Shown here one piece after another: positions 54,152 to 62,473 of a stretch of 64,000 bases of DNA. The translations under genes were made by a program, and so were the position numbers. Every line of letters begins with the position of its first letter. Position 1 is the stretch's first letter. Under the pieces are notes generated by a model. That model saw nothing but the letters and a program-made list of their open reading frames with translations. It had not been told where the DNA came from and ran no database searches. The stretch comes from Steroidobacteraceae bacterium (GTDB lineage Bacteria > Pseudomonadota > Gammaproteobacteria > Steroidobacterales > Steroidobacteraceae), in contig DATJTW010000023.1 of the NCBI GenBank assembly GCA_035502995.1, forward strand, positions 53,445-117,444. The letters are read 5' to 3'.

Positions 54152-55554
54152 GCGACAACCCTCTCGAGCGGAAGTGGACCCGCCGCGTCGTCCTGCAGCG
54201 CGCGATGCAGTTGTCGGCGATGGGCGTGGCGACTCCACTGGCGATCAACCTCGCGGCGATCGGCGAAGCCGCCGCCTTCGACAGCACCGACTACAAGGCG
54301 CTGGTCTGCGTGTTCCTCTACGGCGGCAACGACTACGCGAACACGATCGTCCCTTACGACGCGACCAACTACGCGAAGTACCACCAGATCCGCGCCGGCG
54401 CCGCCGGCGAGACGCAGTCGGGCATCGCGCTGGCGCGCGCGGCACTGGCGCCGACCGCGCTGACGCCCGCGGGCGGCCAGGTGTTGACCGACAACCTGCA
54501 GTACGCGCTGGCGCCGTCGCTCGCGGCGTTGAAGCCGGTGTGGGATGCGGGCCGGCTCGCGATCCAGTTGAACGTCGGACCGCTGATGCAGCCGACGACG
54601 CTCGCGCAGTACAACAGCACCAACAAGGTGGCGAACCCGCTGCCGCCGAAACTGTTCTCGCACAACGACCAGCAGTCCATCTGGCAGTCGAACGGCAGCG
54701 AGGGCTCGACGATCGGCTGGGGCGGGCGGCTCGGCGACATCGCGTTGTCGGGCAACACGAGCAATTCGCTGCTGACCTGCATCTCCGCGTCCGGCAACGC
54801 GGTGTTCGTCGCGGGGCGCGATGCCTTGCAGTACCAGGTCAGCCCGGCGGGCGCGATCAAGATCGCCGGGCTCGCCAACAACGGCTTGCGCGACGCATTG
54901 AACGCGATGATCACGGCGTCCGGCACGCACGTGATGGAGAAGGAGTACGTCGCGGTGACGCGGCGTTCGATCGAGCTCGAAGGCACGGTCAACGGCGCGA
55001 TCGCCAACGTGAATCCGGCGACGGCGTTCCCGAACAATCCGCTGGCCGCGCAGTTGAAGGTCGTGGCGCGGCTGATCGGCGCGCGCCTGGCGACGGGATT
55101 GAAGCGGCAGGTGTTCTTCGTGTCGCTCGGCGGGTTCGACAATCACAACGCGCTGATGAACGACCACCCGGCGCTGCTGACGCGAGTCGGCGAGGCGATG
55201 CGCGCGTTCTACGACGCCACCGTCGAGCTCGGCGTGGCGAGCAAGGTGACCACGTTCACCGCGTCGGATTTCGGGCGCACGCTGGCATCGAACGCGGATG
55301 GTTCCGATCACGGCTGGGGCTCGCATCACTTCGTGATGGGCGGCGCGGTGAATGGCGGGCGCTACTACGGCATCGCGCCGCACGTCTCGCTGCAGACCGA
55401 CGACCAGGTGGGGCAGGGCCGGCTGTTGCCGTCGACCGGCGTGGATCCGTTTGCGGCGACGCTGGCGCGCTGGTTCGGCTGCTCGCCGACGGAGATCGCG
55501 GGGATCCTGCCGAACATCGGGCGGTACCCGACGGCCGATCTCGGCTTCGTCTAG
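54148..55554 (+). CDS. Tat-exported DUF1501-family (sulfatase/phosphatase-fold) protein
   Basis: In-frame part of track ORF 52717..55554, starting at ATG 54148 (ATGA overlap with the DUF1800 stop). Tat-like signal KWTRRVVLQRAMQLSAMG. Motifs ALVCVFLYGGNDYANTIVP and GSDHGWGSHHFVMGG. Confidence 0.85.
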   Translation: MSDNPLERKWTRRVVLQRAMQLSAMGVATPLAINLAAIGEAAAFDSTDYKALVCVFLYGGNDYANTIVPYDATNYAKYHQIRAGAAGETQSGIALARAALAPTALTPAGGQVLTDNLQYALAPSLAALKPVWDAGRLAIQLNVGPLMQPTTLAQYNSTNKVANPLPPKLFSHNDQQSIWQSNGSEGSTIGWGGRLGDIALSGNTSNSLLTCISASGNAVFVAGRDALQYQVSPAGAIKIAGLANNGLRDALNAMITASGTHVMEKEYVAVTRRSIELEGTVNGAIANVNPATAFPNNPLAAQLKVVARLIGARLATGLKRQVFFVSLGGFDNHNALMNDHPALLTRVGEAMRAFYDATVELGVASKVTTFTASDFGRTLASNADGSDHGWGSHHFVMGGAVNGGRYYGIAPHVSLQTDDQVGQGRLLPSTGVDPFAATLARWFGCSPTEIAGILPNIGRYPTADLGFV

Positions 55555-55670
55555 ATAACGGGGATCACGCCGTCGCGCGTCCCCGCCGGATCGCAACCGG
55601 CGGAGACAGGTATCCCTGTTATCCCTCTCCGACACCGCCTATGCTTGGCCCGTCTTCGAAGGGGGTAAAC

Positions 55671-56849
55671 ATGTCGACCAATCTCCGGACGCTCGTCCGC
55701 TCATCCGTCTTTTGCTCGTTGATCCTGCTCGCGACGGCGACCTTCGCCTCCGAGCAACCGCCGACGCTCGCCGTCGGTTCGCCGATGCCGTCGTTCTCGC
55801 TGCCCGGCGTCGACGGCAAGACCTACACCGAGAAGAGCTTCGCGAAGGCGAAGATCCTCGTGCTGGTCTTCACCTGCGCGCACTGCCCGACGGCCCAGGC
55901 CTACCAGGAGCGCATCAAGAAGCTGGTGACCGACTACTCGCCGAAAGGCGTCACGCTCGTCGCGATCAATCCGAATCACGCGGACTCGGTGCGGCTCGAC
56001 GAGCTCGCGTACTCCGACCTCTCCGACTCGTTCGACGAGATGAAGGAGCGCGCGAAGATGGAGAAGTTCAACTTCGTGTGGCTCGACGACGGCCCGAAGC
56101 AGGAGGTCTCGCACAAGTACGGCCCGGTCGCCACGCCGCACGTGTTCATCTTCGACGCCGCGCGCAAGCTCCGCTTCGAAGGCCGCATCGACGACGCCGA
56201 GCGTGAATCGCAGGCGACCTCGCACGACACGCGCAACGCGCTCGACGCACTGCTGGCCGGCAAGGAACCGCCCGTCACGTCGACGCGCGTGTTCGGCTGC
56301 TCGGTGAAGTGGGCCGACAAGGTGGTCGAGTACGCGAAGTTCAAGGAGCGCTGGGCCGCGGAGCCGGTGACGCTCGAGAAGGCGGACATCGCCAAGCTCA
56401 AGGAGATCCGCGCCAACAAGGACTCCGGCAAGCTGCGCTTCATCAACGTGTGGGCGACGTGGTGCGGTCCGTGCATCGCGGAGTTCGACGAACTGGTCGA
56501 GCACAACCTGCGCTTCCGCATCCGCCAGTTCGAGATGGTGACGATCTCGGCGGATTCGCCGGACGACGAAGCGACGGTGAAGGACTTCCTGCAGAAAAAG
56601 CACGCGTCGATGAAGAACTACATCATCCCGTCCGAGCAGAAGGACGCGTTCTTCGACGCGATCGATCCCGCGACGACGTGGAAGGGCCAGCTGCCGTATA
56701 CGATCATCGTCAACGAGAAGGGCGAGGTGGTGTACCGCGAGTACGGCGCGCTGTCGTTCCTGAAGATGCGCCGCGCGATCGTGCCCGAGCTGAACCGCAT
56801 CAAGCCCTGGGGTGGTCTGTCGCCCATCAAGCCGGGCGCCGCGCCGTAA
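55671..56849 (+). CDS. secreted protein with two thioredoxin-fold (TlpA/redoxin-like) domains
   Basis: In-frame part of track ORF 54174..56849, starting at ATG 55671 (GGGGG upstream). Signal peptide present. The first domain has FTCAHCP and the second has WATWCGPC. Confidence 0.75.
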   Translation: MSTNLRTLVRSSVFCSLILLATATFASEQPPTLAVGSPMPSFSLPGVDGKTYTEKSFAKAKILVLVFTCAHCPTAQAYQERIKKLVTDYSPKGVTLVAINPNHADSVRLDELAYSDLSDSFDEMKERAKMEKFNFVWLDDGPKQEVSHKYGPVATPHVFIFDAARKLRFEGRIDDAERESQATSHDTRNALDALLAGKEPPVTSTRVFGCSVKWADKVVEYAKFKERWAAEPVTLEKADIAKLKEIRANKDSGKLRFINVWATWCGPCIAEFDELVEHNLRFRIRQFEMVTISADSPDDEATVKDFLQKKHASMKNYIIPSEQKDAFFDAIDPATTWKGQLPYTIIVNEKGEVVYREYGALSFLKMRRAIVPELNRIKPWGGLSPIKPGAAP

Positions 56850-56850
56850 T

Positions 56851-56890
56851 GGGGACAGTCCCCGTTTGCTGGCAAAAGGGGACAGTCACG
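56851..56890. repeat. REP-like element, family 1
   Basis: GGGGACAGTCCCCGTTTGCTGGCAAAAGGGGACAGTCACG matches 19280-19319 at 33/40 positions. Internal arms GGGGAC/GTCCCC and CCCCGTTTGC/GCAAAAGGGG. It fills the gap between two genes and ends 11 nt before the next ATG. Confidence 0.75.
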
Positions 56891-56901
56891 AAAGGACGAC
56901 C

Positions 56902-57318
56902 ATGACACGGCAGACACTGGGCCTCGTTTCGCTGGTCGTGAAGGACTACGACGAGGCCCTGGCGTTCTACGTCGGCACGCTCGGCTTCCGCCTCGTCGAA
57001 GACAGCCTCGTCCCCGAGCAGAACAAGCGCTGGGTGGTCATCGAACCACCCGGCGCCGCGGGCCAGGGCGCCAAACTACTGCTGGCGCGTGCGTCGAACG
57101 ACGCGCAGACCGCGCGCGTCGGCAACCAGACCGGCGGCCGCGTGTTCCTCTTCCTCTACACCGACGATTTCTGGCGCGATTTCAACGCCTGGTCGGCCGC
57201 CGGCGTGAAGTTCGCGCGCCAGCCGTCGCAGGCGCCGTACGGCACGGTCGCGGTGTTCGAGGATCTGTACGGCAATCTCTGGGACCTGGTCGAGCTCGGC
57301 GGCGCGAAGCCGGCCTGA
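56902..57318 (+). CDS. VOC-family (glyoxalase/bleomycin-resistance fold) protein
   Basis: Track ORF 56812..57318 trimmed to ATG 56902 (AAAGGA upstream). Pattern LGLVSLVVKDYDEALAFYVGTLGF ... VFEDLYGNLWDLVE. Confidence 0.8.
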   Translation: MTRQTLGLVSLVVKDYDEALAFYVGTLGFRLVEDSLVPEQNKRWVVIEPPGAAGQGAKLLLARASNDAQTARVGNQTGGRVFLFLYTDDFWRDFNAWSAAGVKFARQPSQAPYGTVAVFEDLYGNLWDLVELGGAKPA

Positions 57319-57323
57319 CCCGC

Positions 57324-57343
57324 GCCGCCGCGGCGGCTCTTTA
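57324..57343 (+). terminator. possible intrinsic terminator
   Basis: GC palindrome GCCGCCGCGGCGGC followed by TCTTTA, 6 nt after the VOC gene stop. The stem is short and the loop minimal. Confidence 0.3.
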
Positions 57344-57536
57344 ACCCACGTTATCCCGATTCATCGGCCCGGCTCGCATTGGGCCAGCCGGCCGCCGCGT
57401 CACGCGATCGCGCCGCCGGGAGCGGAATCCGCCTACACGGAAGCGTGAATGGCGCACGCTCGCGCGCACGCCCGAAGCCCATTCTGGCGACAGTTAGGAC
57501 TCGGACTCCCGGGGCGGAACCAGTGGACGGTCGCCG

Positions 57537-60257
57537 TTGCGCGCGCGCCTGAAAAATTTCGGTCGACTCGGAAATCTCGGCATCACCGCCCGGCTGGTGA
57601 TCTCGCTGGCGTGCGTCGCCGTGCTGGCCGCCGCTGCCAACTTCTTCGTCGAGAGCGGCGTCACCGTCGTCACGCTGGTGTCGCCGGCCGCGTCGCCCGC
57701 GCAGGCTGCAGCGCCCGCCCTCGCGCCGCGATCCCCCGCCTCGGCGTCTGCCGCCGCGTCGCAGCGTGACGCCTCGCGCCTCGCGCTGTCGCTCGGCGCC
57801 TTCGATCAGACCGTGCGCACGGCGCTCGAAGCCACCGCCGACTCCGCGCCGACTCACCAGCTCGCGATGTCGTCGCTGACGCGCGCCGCCGAGGGCTACG
57901 TCCCGGGCGACGAGGCCGGCATCGCGGACGCACTCGCGATGCGCGACACCGTGCTCGCGCACGGCCGCGACTCGCGGCCGCTGCTCGAGGCCTCGCATCG
58001 CCGCCGCGTGGCGCTCGACGAATACTCGACGACGCTGTCGACGATGAGCACGCGGCTGCAGAAGTCGATCGACCGCGCCTGGAAGATCATGGGCCGCGTC
58101 GTCGCGCGGCAGTCGTTGATGAAACTCAGCGCGCAGCTCGACGACATCCAGTCCCTCTTCTCCGCGCGCGATGCGTCCCGGCCGCTGGATGCGCTGTCCG
58201 TGCAGCTGGCGCAGGCGGAGCAGGTGTTCGCCATGACGCTGCAGAAGAACGCCGACGCGCTGGTCAAATCGCAGGGCGCGGACTGGGTCGACGGCATGCG
58301 CACCGACGTCGTGAGCCTCGACGCCGCGCGCCACGCGCTGACCCTCGCGGAAAAGCGTCGCGCCCAGCTCGCGACGCGCTACTTCGCGGAGTCGGAGCGG
58401 CTCCAGCGCAGGCTGTCGGAGGTCCGCCCGCGGGCCGCGGACCTCGCGGTCACCGCGCCGCAGCCGAAGGAACGCGTGTCGGCAGCATCGCTGACGACCG
58501 TGCCGGCGGCATCATTCACGCCCGCGTCGGCCACCGACCGGCGCGCCGCCGCCGAAACCACCACGACGACCGTCGCCCGTCGCCCGCTCGTCGCCAGCCT
58601 GAGCCTCGTCGTGCTCGGGCTGCTCACCTGGCTCAGCATCGTCACCATCCTCGGCGTCGTGCGCCAGGTGCGCCGGCTCAAGGACGCGACGCGCCGGCTC
58701 GCCAACGGCGAGTGGATAGACCCGGTGCGCCCGGTCGGCATCCGCGAGCTCGACGAGCTCGGTGCCGCCGTCGATTCGATGGGGCGCCAGCTCGCCGCCG
58801 CGCAGCAGATCAACCTCGAGGCGCAGCGCCGGCTCGAGGGCACCGTCGCCGAGCGCACGCGCGATCTCAAGGCGCTCGCCGAGAAGGATCCGCTCACCGG
58901 CCTGCCGAACCGCCGCCAGCTGTTCACCGAGCTCGACGAGGCGATCGAGTGGGCGCATGCCAGCAAACAACTCGTCGGCGTCTTCTACCTGGACGTCGAC
59001 AACTTCAAGACGCTGAACGACAGCATGGGCCACGCGTTCGGCGACCGCGTGTTGATCGAGATCTCGCGGCGTCTCGAGGCCACGGCACAGGGTTTCGGAT
59101 TCGCCGGCCGGCTCGGCGGCGACGAATTCATGATCGTGCAGGTCGAGGCGCGCACCACCGACGAGATCCGCGCGGCCGGCGACGAGATCGTGCGCGCCTT
59201 CGAGGCGCCGATCGGGATCGAGGGGCGCGAGATCATCGTCAGCGTCAGTGTCGGCGCCAGCGTCTACCCGGACCACGAGGAGGATTCAGAGGCGCTGCTG
59301 CGCGCGGCGGATGCCGCGTTGTTCTCCGCGAAGGAGCTCGGCCGCAGCCGCGTCGCGATGTTCACGCCGGAGCTGCTGGAGCGCGCCACCGCGAAGTTCG
59401 CCATCGAGCAGCGGCTGCGCCGCGCGATCGAGAAGCGCGAGTTCGAGTTGTTCTATCAACCCGAGATCAACGTGCAGACGCTGGAGGTCTCGCTCGTGGA
59501 AGCGCTGATCCGTTGGCGCATGCCGGACGGCAGCTACCAGTGCCCGGGCGAATTCCTCGCCGTGGCCGAGGAGTTCGGGCTGATCGCCGAGATCGACGAG
59601 TGGGTGCTGAACACCGCGCTCGACGCGGCGGCGCAGTGGCACCACGGTCCGTGGCCCGAGGCCTGCGTCGCGATCAACGTCTCGCCGCGGCAGCTGCTGG
59701 ACCAGCGCTTCGTCGGCAAGCTGCGCGACCTGCTCGCGCGTCATCGCCTGCCGGCGCGTTGTGTCGAGCTGGAGCTGACGGAGTCGGTGCTGCAGACCGG
59801 CCCGGCGACCATCAAGGCGCTGACCGAGCTGCGCGCGCTCGGCATCGCCATCGCGCTCGACGATTTCGGCACCGGTTATTCATCCATCGCGTCGCTGGAA
59901 CAACTGCCACTGACGCGCGTGAAGCTGGATCGCAGCCTGATCGCGCGCATCGACAGCAGCGCGCGGTCGGCGTCCATCGCGCGGGCCACGCTCGGGTTGT
60001 GCGCGGAGCTGGGGCTCGAAGTGACGGCCGAAGGCGTCGAGAGAGTGGAGCAGTTCTCGGCACTGCTCGGCTTCGGCGCGATCTCGCTGCAGGGCTATCT
60101 ACTGGCCGAGCCGGCGCCGCGCGGCGAGGTGCTAGCGGCGCTGCATCGCGTGCCCGGCTACTGCCAGGAGCTGGTGCTCTCGTGCAGCGCGCCGACGGCG
60201 ACCGCGCGGCTGCGCCACATCGAGGCGCATGCCGCGCTGGCGGCAACGCCCGCCTGA
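57537..60257 (+). CDS. membrane-anchored GGDEF-EAL (diguanylate cyclase/phosphodiesterase) protein with HAMP-like linker
   Basis: 906-aa ORF with TTG start. TM segments near the N-terminus and at about residue 340. GGDEF (GRLGGDEFMIV). EAL-domain motifs EFELFYQPEI, VEALIRW, ELTES, DDFGTGYSS, KLDRSL. Confidence 0.88.
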   Translation: MRARLKNFGRLGNLGITARLVISLACVAVLAAAANFFVESGVTVVTLVSPAASPAQAAAPALAPRSPASASAAASQRDASRLALSLGAFDQTVRTALEATADSAPTHQLAMSSLTRAAEGYVPGDEAGIADALAMRDTVLAHGRDSRPLLEASHRRRVALDEYSTTLSTMSTRLQKSIDRAWKIMGRVVARQSLMKLSAQLDDIQSLFSARDASRPLDALSVQLAQAEQVFAMTLQKNADALVKSQGADWVDGMRTDVVSLDAARHALTLAEKRRAQLATRYFAESERLQRRLSEVRPRAADLAVTAPQPKERVSAASLTTVPAASFTPASATDRRAAAETTTTTVARRPLVASLSLVVLGLLTWLSIVTILGVVRQVRRLKDATRRLANGEWIDPVRPVGIRELDELGAAVDSMGRQLAAAQQINLEAQRRLEGTVAERTRDLKALAEKDPLTGLPNRRQLFTELDEAIEWAHASKQLVGVFYLDVDNFKTLNDSMGHAFGDRVLIEISRRLEATAQGFGFAGRLGGDEFMIVQVEARTTDEIRAAGDEIVRAFEAPIGIEGREIIVSVSVGASVYPDHEEDSEALLRAADAALFSAKELGRSRVAMFTPELLERATAKFAIEQRLRRAIEKREFELFYQPEINVQTLEVSLVEALIRWRMPDGSYQCPGEFLAVAEEFGLIAEIDEWVLNTALDAAAQWHHGPWPEACVAINVSPRQLLDQRFVGKLRDLLARHRLPARCVELELTESVLQTGPATIKALTELRALGIAIALDDFGTGYSSIASLEQLPLTRVKLDRSLIARIDSSARSASIARATLGLCAELGLEVTAEGVERVEQFSALLGFGAISLQGYLLAEPAPRGEVLAALHRVPGYCQELVLSCSAPTATARLRHIEAHAALAATPA

Positions 60258-60291
60258 CGCCGGATCGACGCGGCGGCCTCGCGGGTCGCCT

Positions 60292-60378
60292 TCAGAACCA
60301 GCCGCACGCAAAACCGATCGCGACGAACAGGGTCAGCATCAACCAGGGCGACATCTTGGTATTGCTCTTCATGGTCAT
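60292..60378 (-). CDS. possible 28-aa hydrophobic micro-protein
   Basis: Not in the ORF track (too short). ATG 60378 overlaps the XRE gene stop (ATGA). It encodes MTMKSNTKMSPWLMLTLFVAIGFACGWF, with one hydrophobic helix. Confidence 0.35.
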   Translation of the reverse strand: MTMKSNTKMSPWLMLTLFVAIGFACGWF

Positions 60379-60569
60379 TTCTCCGTGAAAAAAATCTTCT
60401 CGATCGGTTTGCCGAACAGTTTCGCGATGGCGAAGGCCAGCGGCAGGCTCGGGTCGTAACGCTCGGTCTCGATCGCGTTGATCGTCTGGCGCGAGACCTC
60501 GAGCTGATCCGCGAGATCGCCCTGGCTCCAGCCGCGGTCGGTGCGCAGCTGGCGGACGACGTTCTTCAT
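60375..60569 (-). CDS. small XRE-family helix-turn-helix transcriptional regulator
   Basis: Last 64 aa of track ORF 60375..60797, starting at ATG 60569 (ATGA overlap with the upstream stop). HTH WSQGDLADQLEVSRQTINAIETERYDPSLPLAFAIAKLF. Confidence 0.85.
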   Translation of the reverse strand: MKNVVRQLRTDRGWSQGDLADQLEVSRQTINAIETERYDPSLPLAFAIAKLFGKPIEKIFFTEK

Positions 60570-60964
60570 TGCGCCCGCAACTTGCAGTAGACGCCGTGGA
60601 ACAGGCTGACGGTGCCCCAGCTCAGTCCGAACACCATCCAGATCACGAACATGCTGAGCCGCGGGTAACCGACGTTCTCGAGGAATCCCCACGTCAGCGA
60701 GAAGAGCGCGGTGACGCCGCCGGCGATCGACAGCGCCTGCAGGTTGCGCAGGCGGACGAACTCGTCCATGCGGCCGACCTGGCGCATGAACGCCCACAGG
60801 CCGAGAAGCGCGGGGATCATCGGGCTCAGCATCAACGCCGTGCGGGCAATGCCGTCCGCGACGTGCGGCGCAGCGCGCAAGGAGACGGACACGACGATGG
60901 CGTACAGGACCAGCGAGCCGCCCATCTCGACGAGGAATTTCTGGGTTGCCTCGCGTTCACGCAT
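60566..60964 (-). CDS. small integral membrane protein co-transcribed with the XRE regulator
   Basis: Track ORF 60566..60985 trimmed to ATG 60964 (GGAG about 7 nt upstream). Four hydrophobic segments. Confidence 0.65.
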   Translation of the reverse strand: MREREATQKFLVEMGGSLVLYAIVVSVSLRAAPHVADGIARTALMLSPMIPALLGLWAFMRQVGRMDEFVRLRNLQALSIAGGVTALFSLTWGFLENVGYPRLSMFVIWMVFGLSWGTVSLFHGVYCKLRAQ

Positions 60965-61032
60965 GTCGAATCTCCACCCTGTCAATGATGCTTTACAGGG
61001 TAGGGTGCGACGATGGGCTTGTCAAGGTTCCT

Positions 61033-61554
61033 TTACAAGGCGGTTTCGCGCGGCGCGACGGCCAGCAATTCGGCGATCGCCGGTTGTTTGGCGGCGGAGT
61101 ACGCCAGCAGTCGCGTGGCGCCTGCCGCGACCGCGGCGCGTTTGGCCGCGGCGTATCGTTCGCGTGCGATCGGGTCGGCGCGCAGGTGGTCGCGCAGCCG
61201 CAGGTTGTTGGACCAGTGATCGCCGTCGCGACGGACGACGTGCAGGTTGAAGGACACGGGGCCGCGCAGACGCAGATAGCGCCGCTCCGGCACGCCGGCC
61301 TCGCCGAGATCCTCGTATCCGAGCACCACGAGCTGCGCGACCAGCGCGGCGGGCGGCGGCCAGTGCGTCACGCCCAGCATCAGGTCGACGACGGGTTTCG
61401 CGGTCAGGCCGGGAACCGCGGTGCTGCCGATGTGTTCGATTGCCTCCGGCGTGATGCCCGGCACGCCGCGGAGCCGGCGCCGCTCGGCTTCGAATGCGGC
61501 TGGCCACGAAGGGTCGTAGGGAGCCAGCGTCACCGTTTCGTCGAGTCCGCTCAC
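61033..61554 (-). CDS. GrpB-family (UPF0157) protein
   Basis: 173-aa ORF with GTG start. GrpB pattern LAPYDPSWPAAFEAE ... IEHIGSTAVPGLTAKPVVDLMLGV. Confidence 0.8.
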   Translation of the reverse strand: MSGLDETVTLAPYDPSWPAAFEAERRRLRGVPGITPEAIEHIGSTAVPGLTAKPVVDLMLGVTHWPPPAALVAQLVVLGYEDLGEAGVPERRYLRLRGPVSFNLHVVRRDGDHWSNNLRLRDHLRADPIARERYAAAKRAAVAAGATRLLAYSAAKQPAIAELLAVAPRETAL

Positions 61555-61573
61555 GGCGTCCCCGCCGCGGCGC

Positions 61574-62431
61574 TCACTGGAACGTGTTGCAGCTATCTAC
61601 CTGGCCGCTGGCGAATCCCTTGCGGAACCACTCCTGGCGCTGCTTGCCGGAGCCGTGCGTGAACGTCTCCTGGTGCACGTTGCCCTGGATGCGGCGCTGG
61701 ATCGTGTCGTCGCCGACGGCCTGCGCCGCGGTCAGCGCCTCGTCGATGTCGCCCGCTTCGACGAGCTGGCGCGAGCTGTCCGCGTAGTGCGCCCAGATGC
61801 CGGCGTAGCAGTCCGCCTGCAGCTCCATGCGCACCTGCCACTGGTTCTGTTCTTCCTGCGAGCGCGCCTGCTGCTGCGCGGCGCGCACCTTGTCCGAGAT
61901 GCCGGTAATGGTCTGCACGTGGTGGCCGACCTCGTGCGCGATCACGTACGCCTTCGCGAAATCGCCCTGCGCGGCGAACTCGGTCTCGAGTTGTTTGAAG
62001 AAGGCGAGGTCGATGTACACCTTCTGGTCCGCGGGACAATAGAAAGGCCCGGCCGCCGACGTCGCGGAACCGCAGCCGGTGTTGATGCCCTCGGAGAACA
62101 GCGCGAGTTTGGGCTGCGGATATTCGCGGCCGGCCTGCTGGAAGATCGCGGTCCAGGTTTCCTCGGTATCGCCGAGCACGTGCGCGACGAACTGGCCGCC
62201 TTCGTCGGTGGGCGCGCCGCTGGCGATCTCTTCTTCGGCCTGCGGCGTGCCGCTGCCGCCCATCAGTCCCATGACGACACGCGGATCGATGCCGAAGTAC
62301 CACGCGGCCAGCAGCGCGACGATGCCGCCGATGCCGAACTTCATGCCGCCGCCGCCGAATCCGCCGCCGCCAGTGCTCCGGCCACGGTAGTCCTGGATGT
62401 TCTGGCTCTCTCTGCTCTGGCGCCAACGCAT
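61574..62431 (-). CDS. ypfJ: YpfJ-like neutral zinc metallopeptidase
   Basis: Track ORF 61574..62872 trimmed to ATG 62431 (285 aa). Gly-rich N-terminus plus TM (GGGGFGGGGMKFGIGGIVALLAAWYF). HExxH motif (VIAHEVGHHVQ). Confidence 0.8.
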   Translation of the reverse strand: MRWRQSRESQNIQDYRGRSTGGGGFGGGGMKFGIGGIVALLAAWYFGIDPRVVMGLMGGSGTPQAEEEIASGAPTDEGGQFVAHVLGDTEETWTAIFQQAGREYPQPKLALFSEGINTGCGSATSAAGPFYCPADQKVYIDLAFFKQLETEFAAQGDFAKAYVIAHEVGHHVQTITGISDKVRAAQQQARSQEEQNQWQVRMELQADCYAGIWAHYADSSRQLVEAGDIDEALTAAQAVGDDTIQRRIQGNVHQETFTHGSGKQRQEWFRKGFASGQVDSCNTFQ

Positions 62432-62473
62432 GCGGCGGATGTTAGCAGGGTCGCACGGTATGATCCGCGGCTC

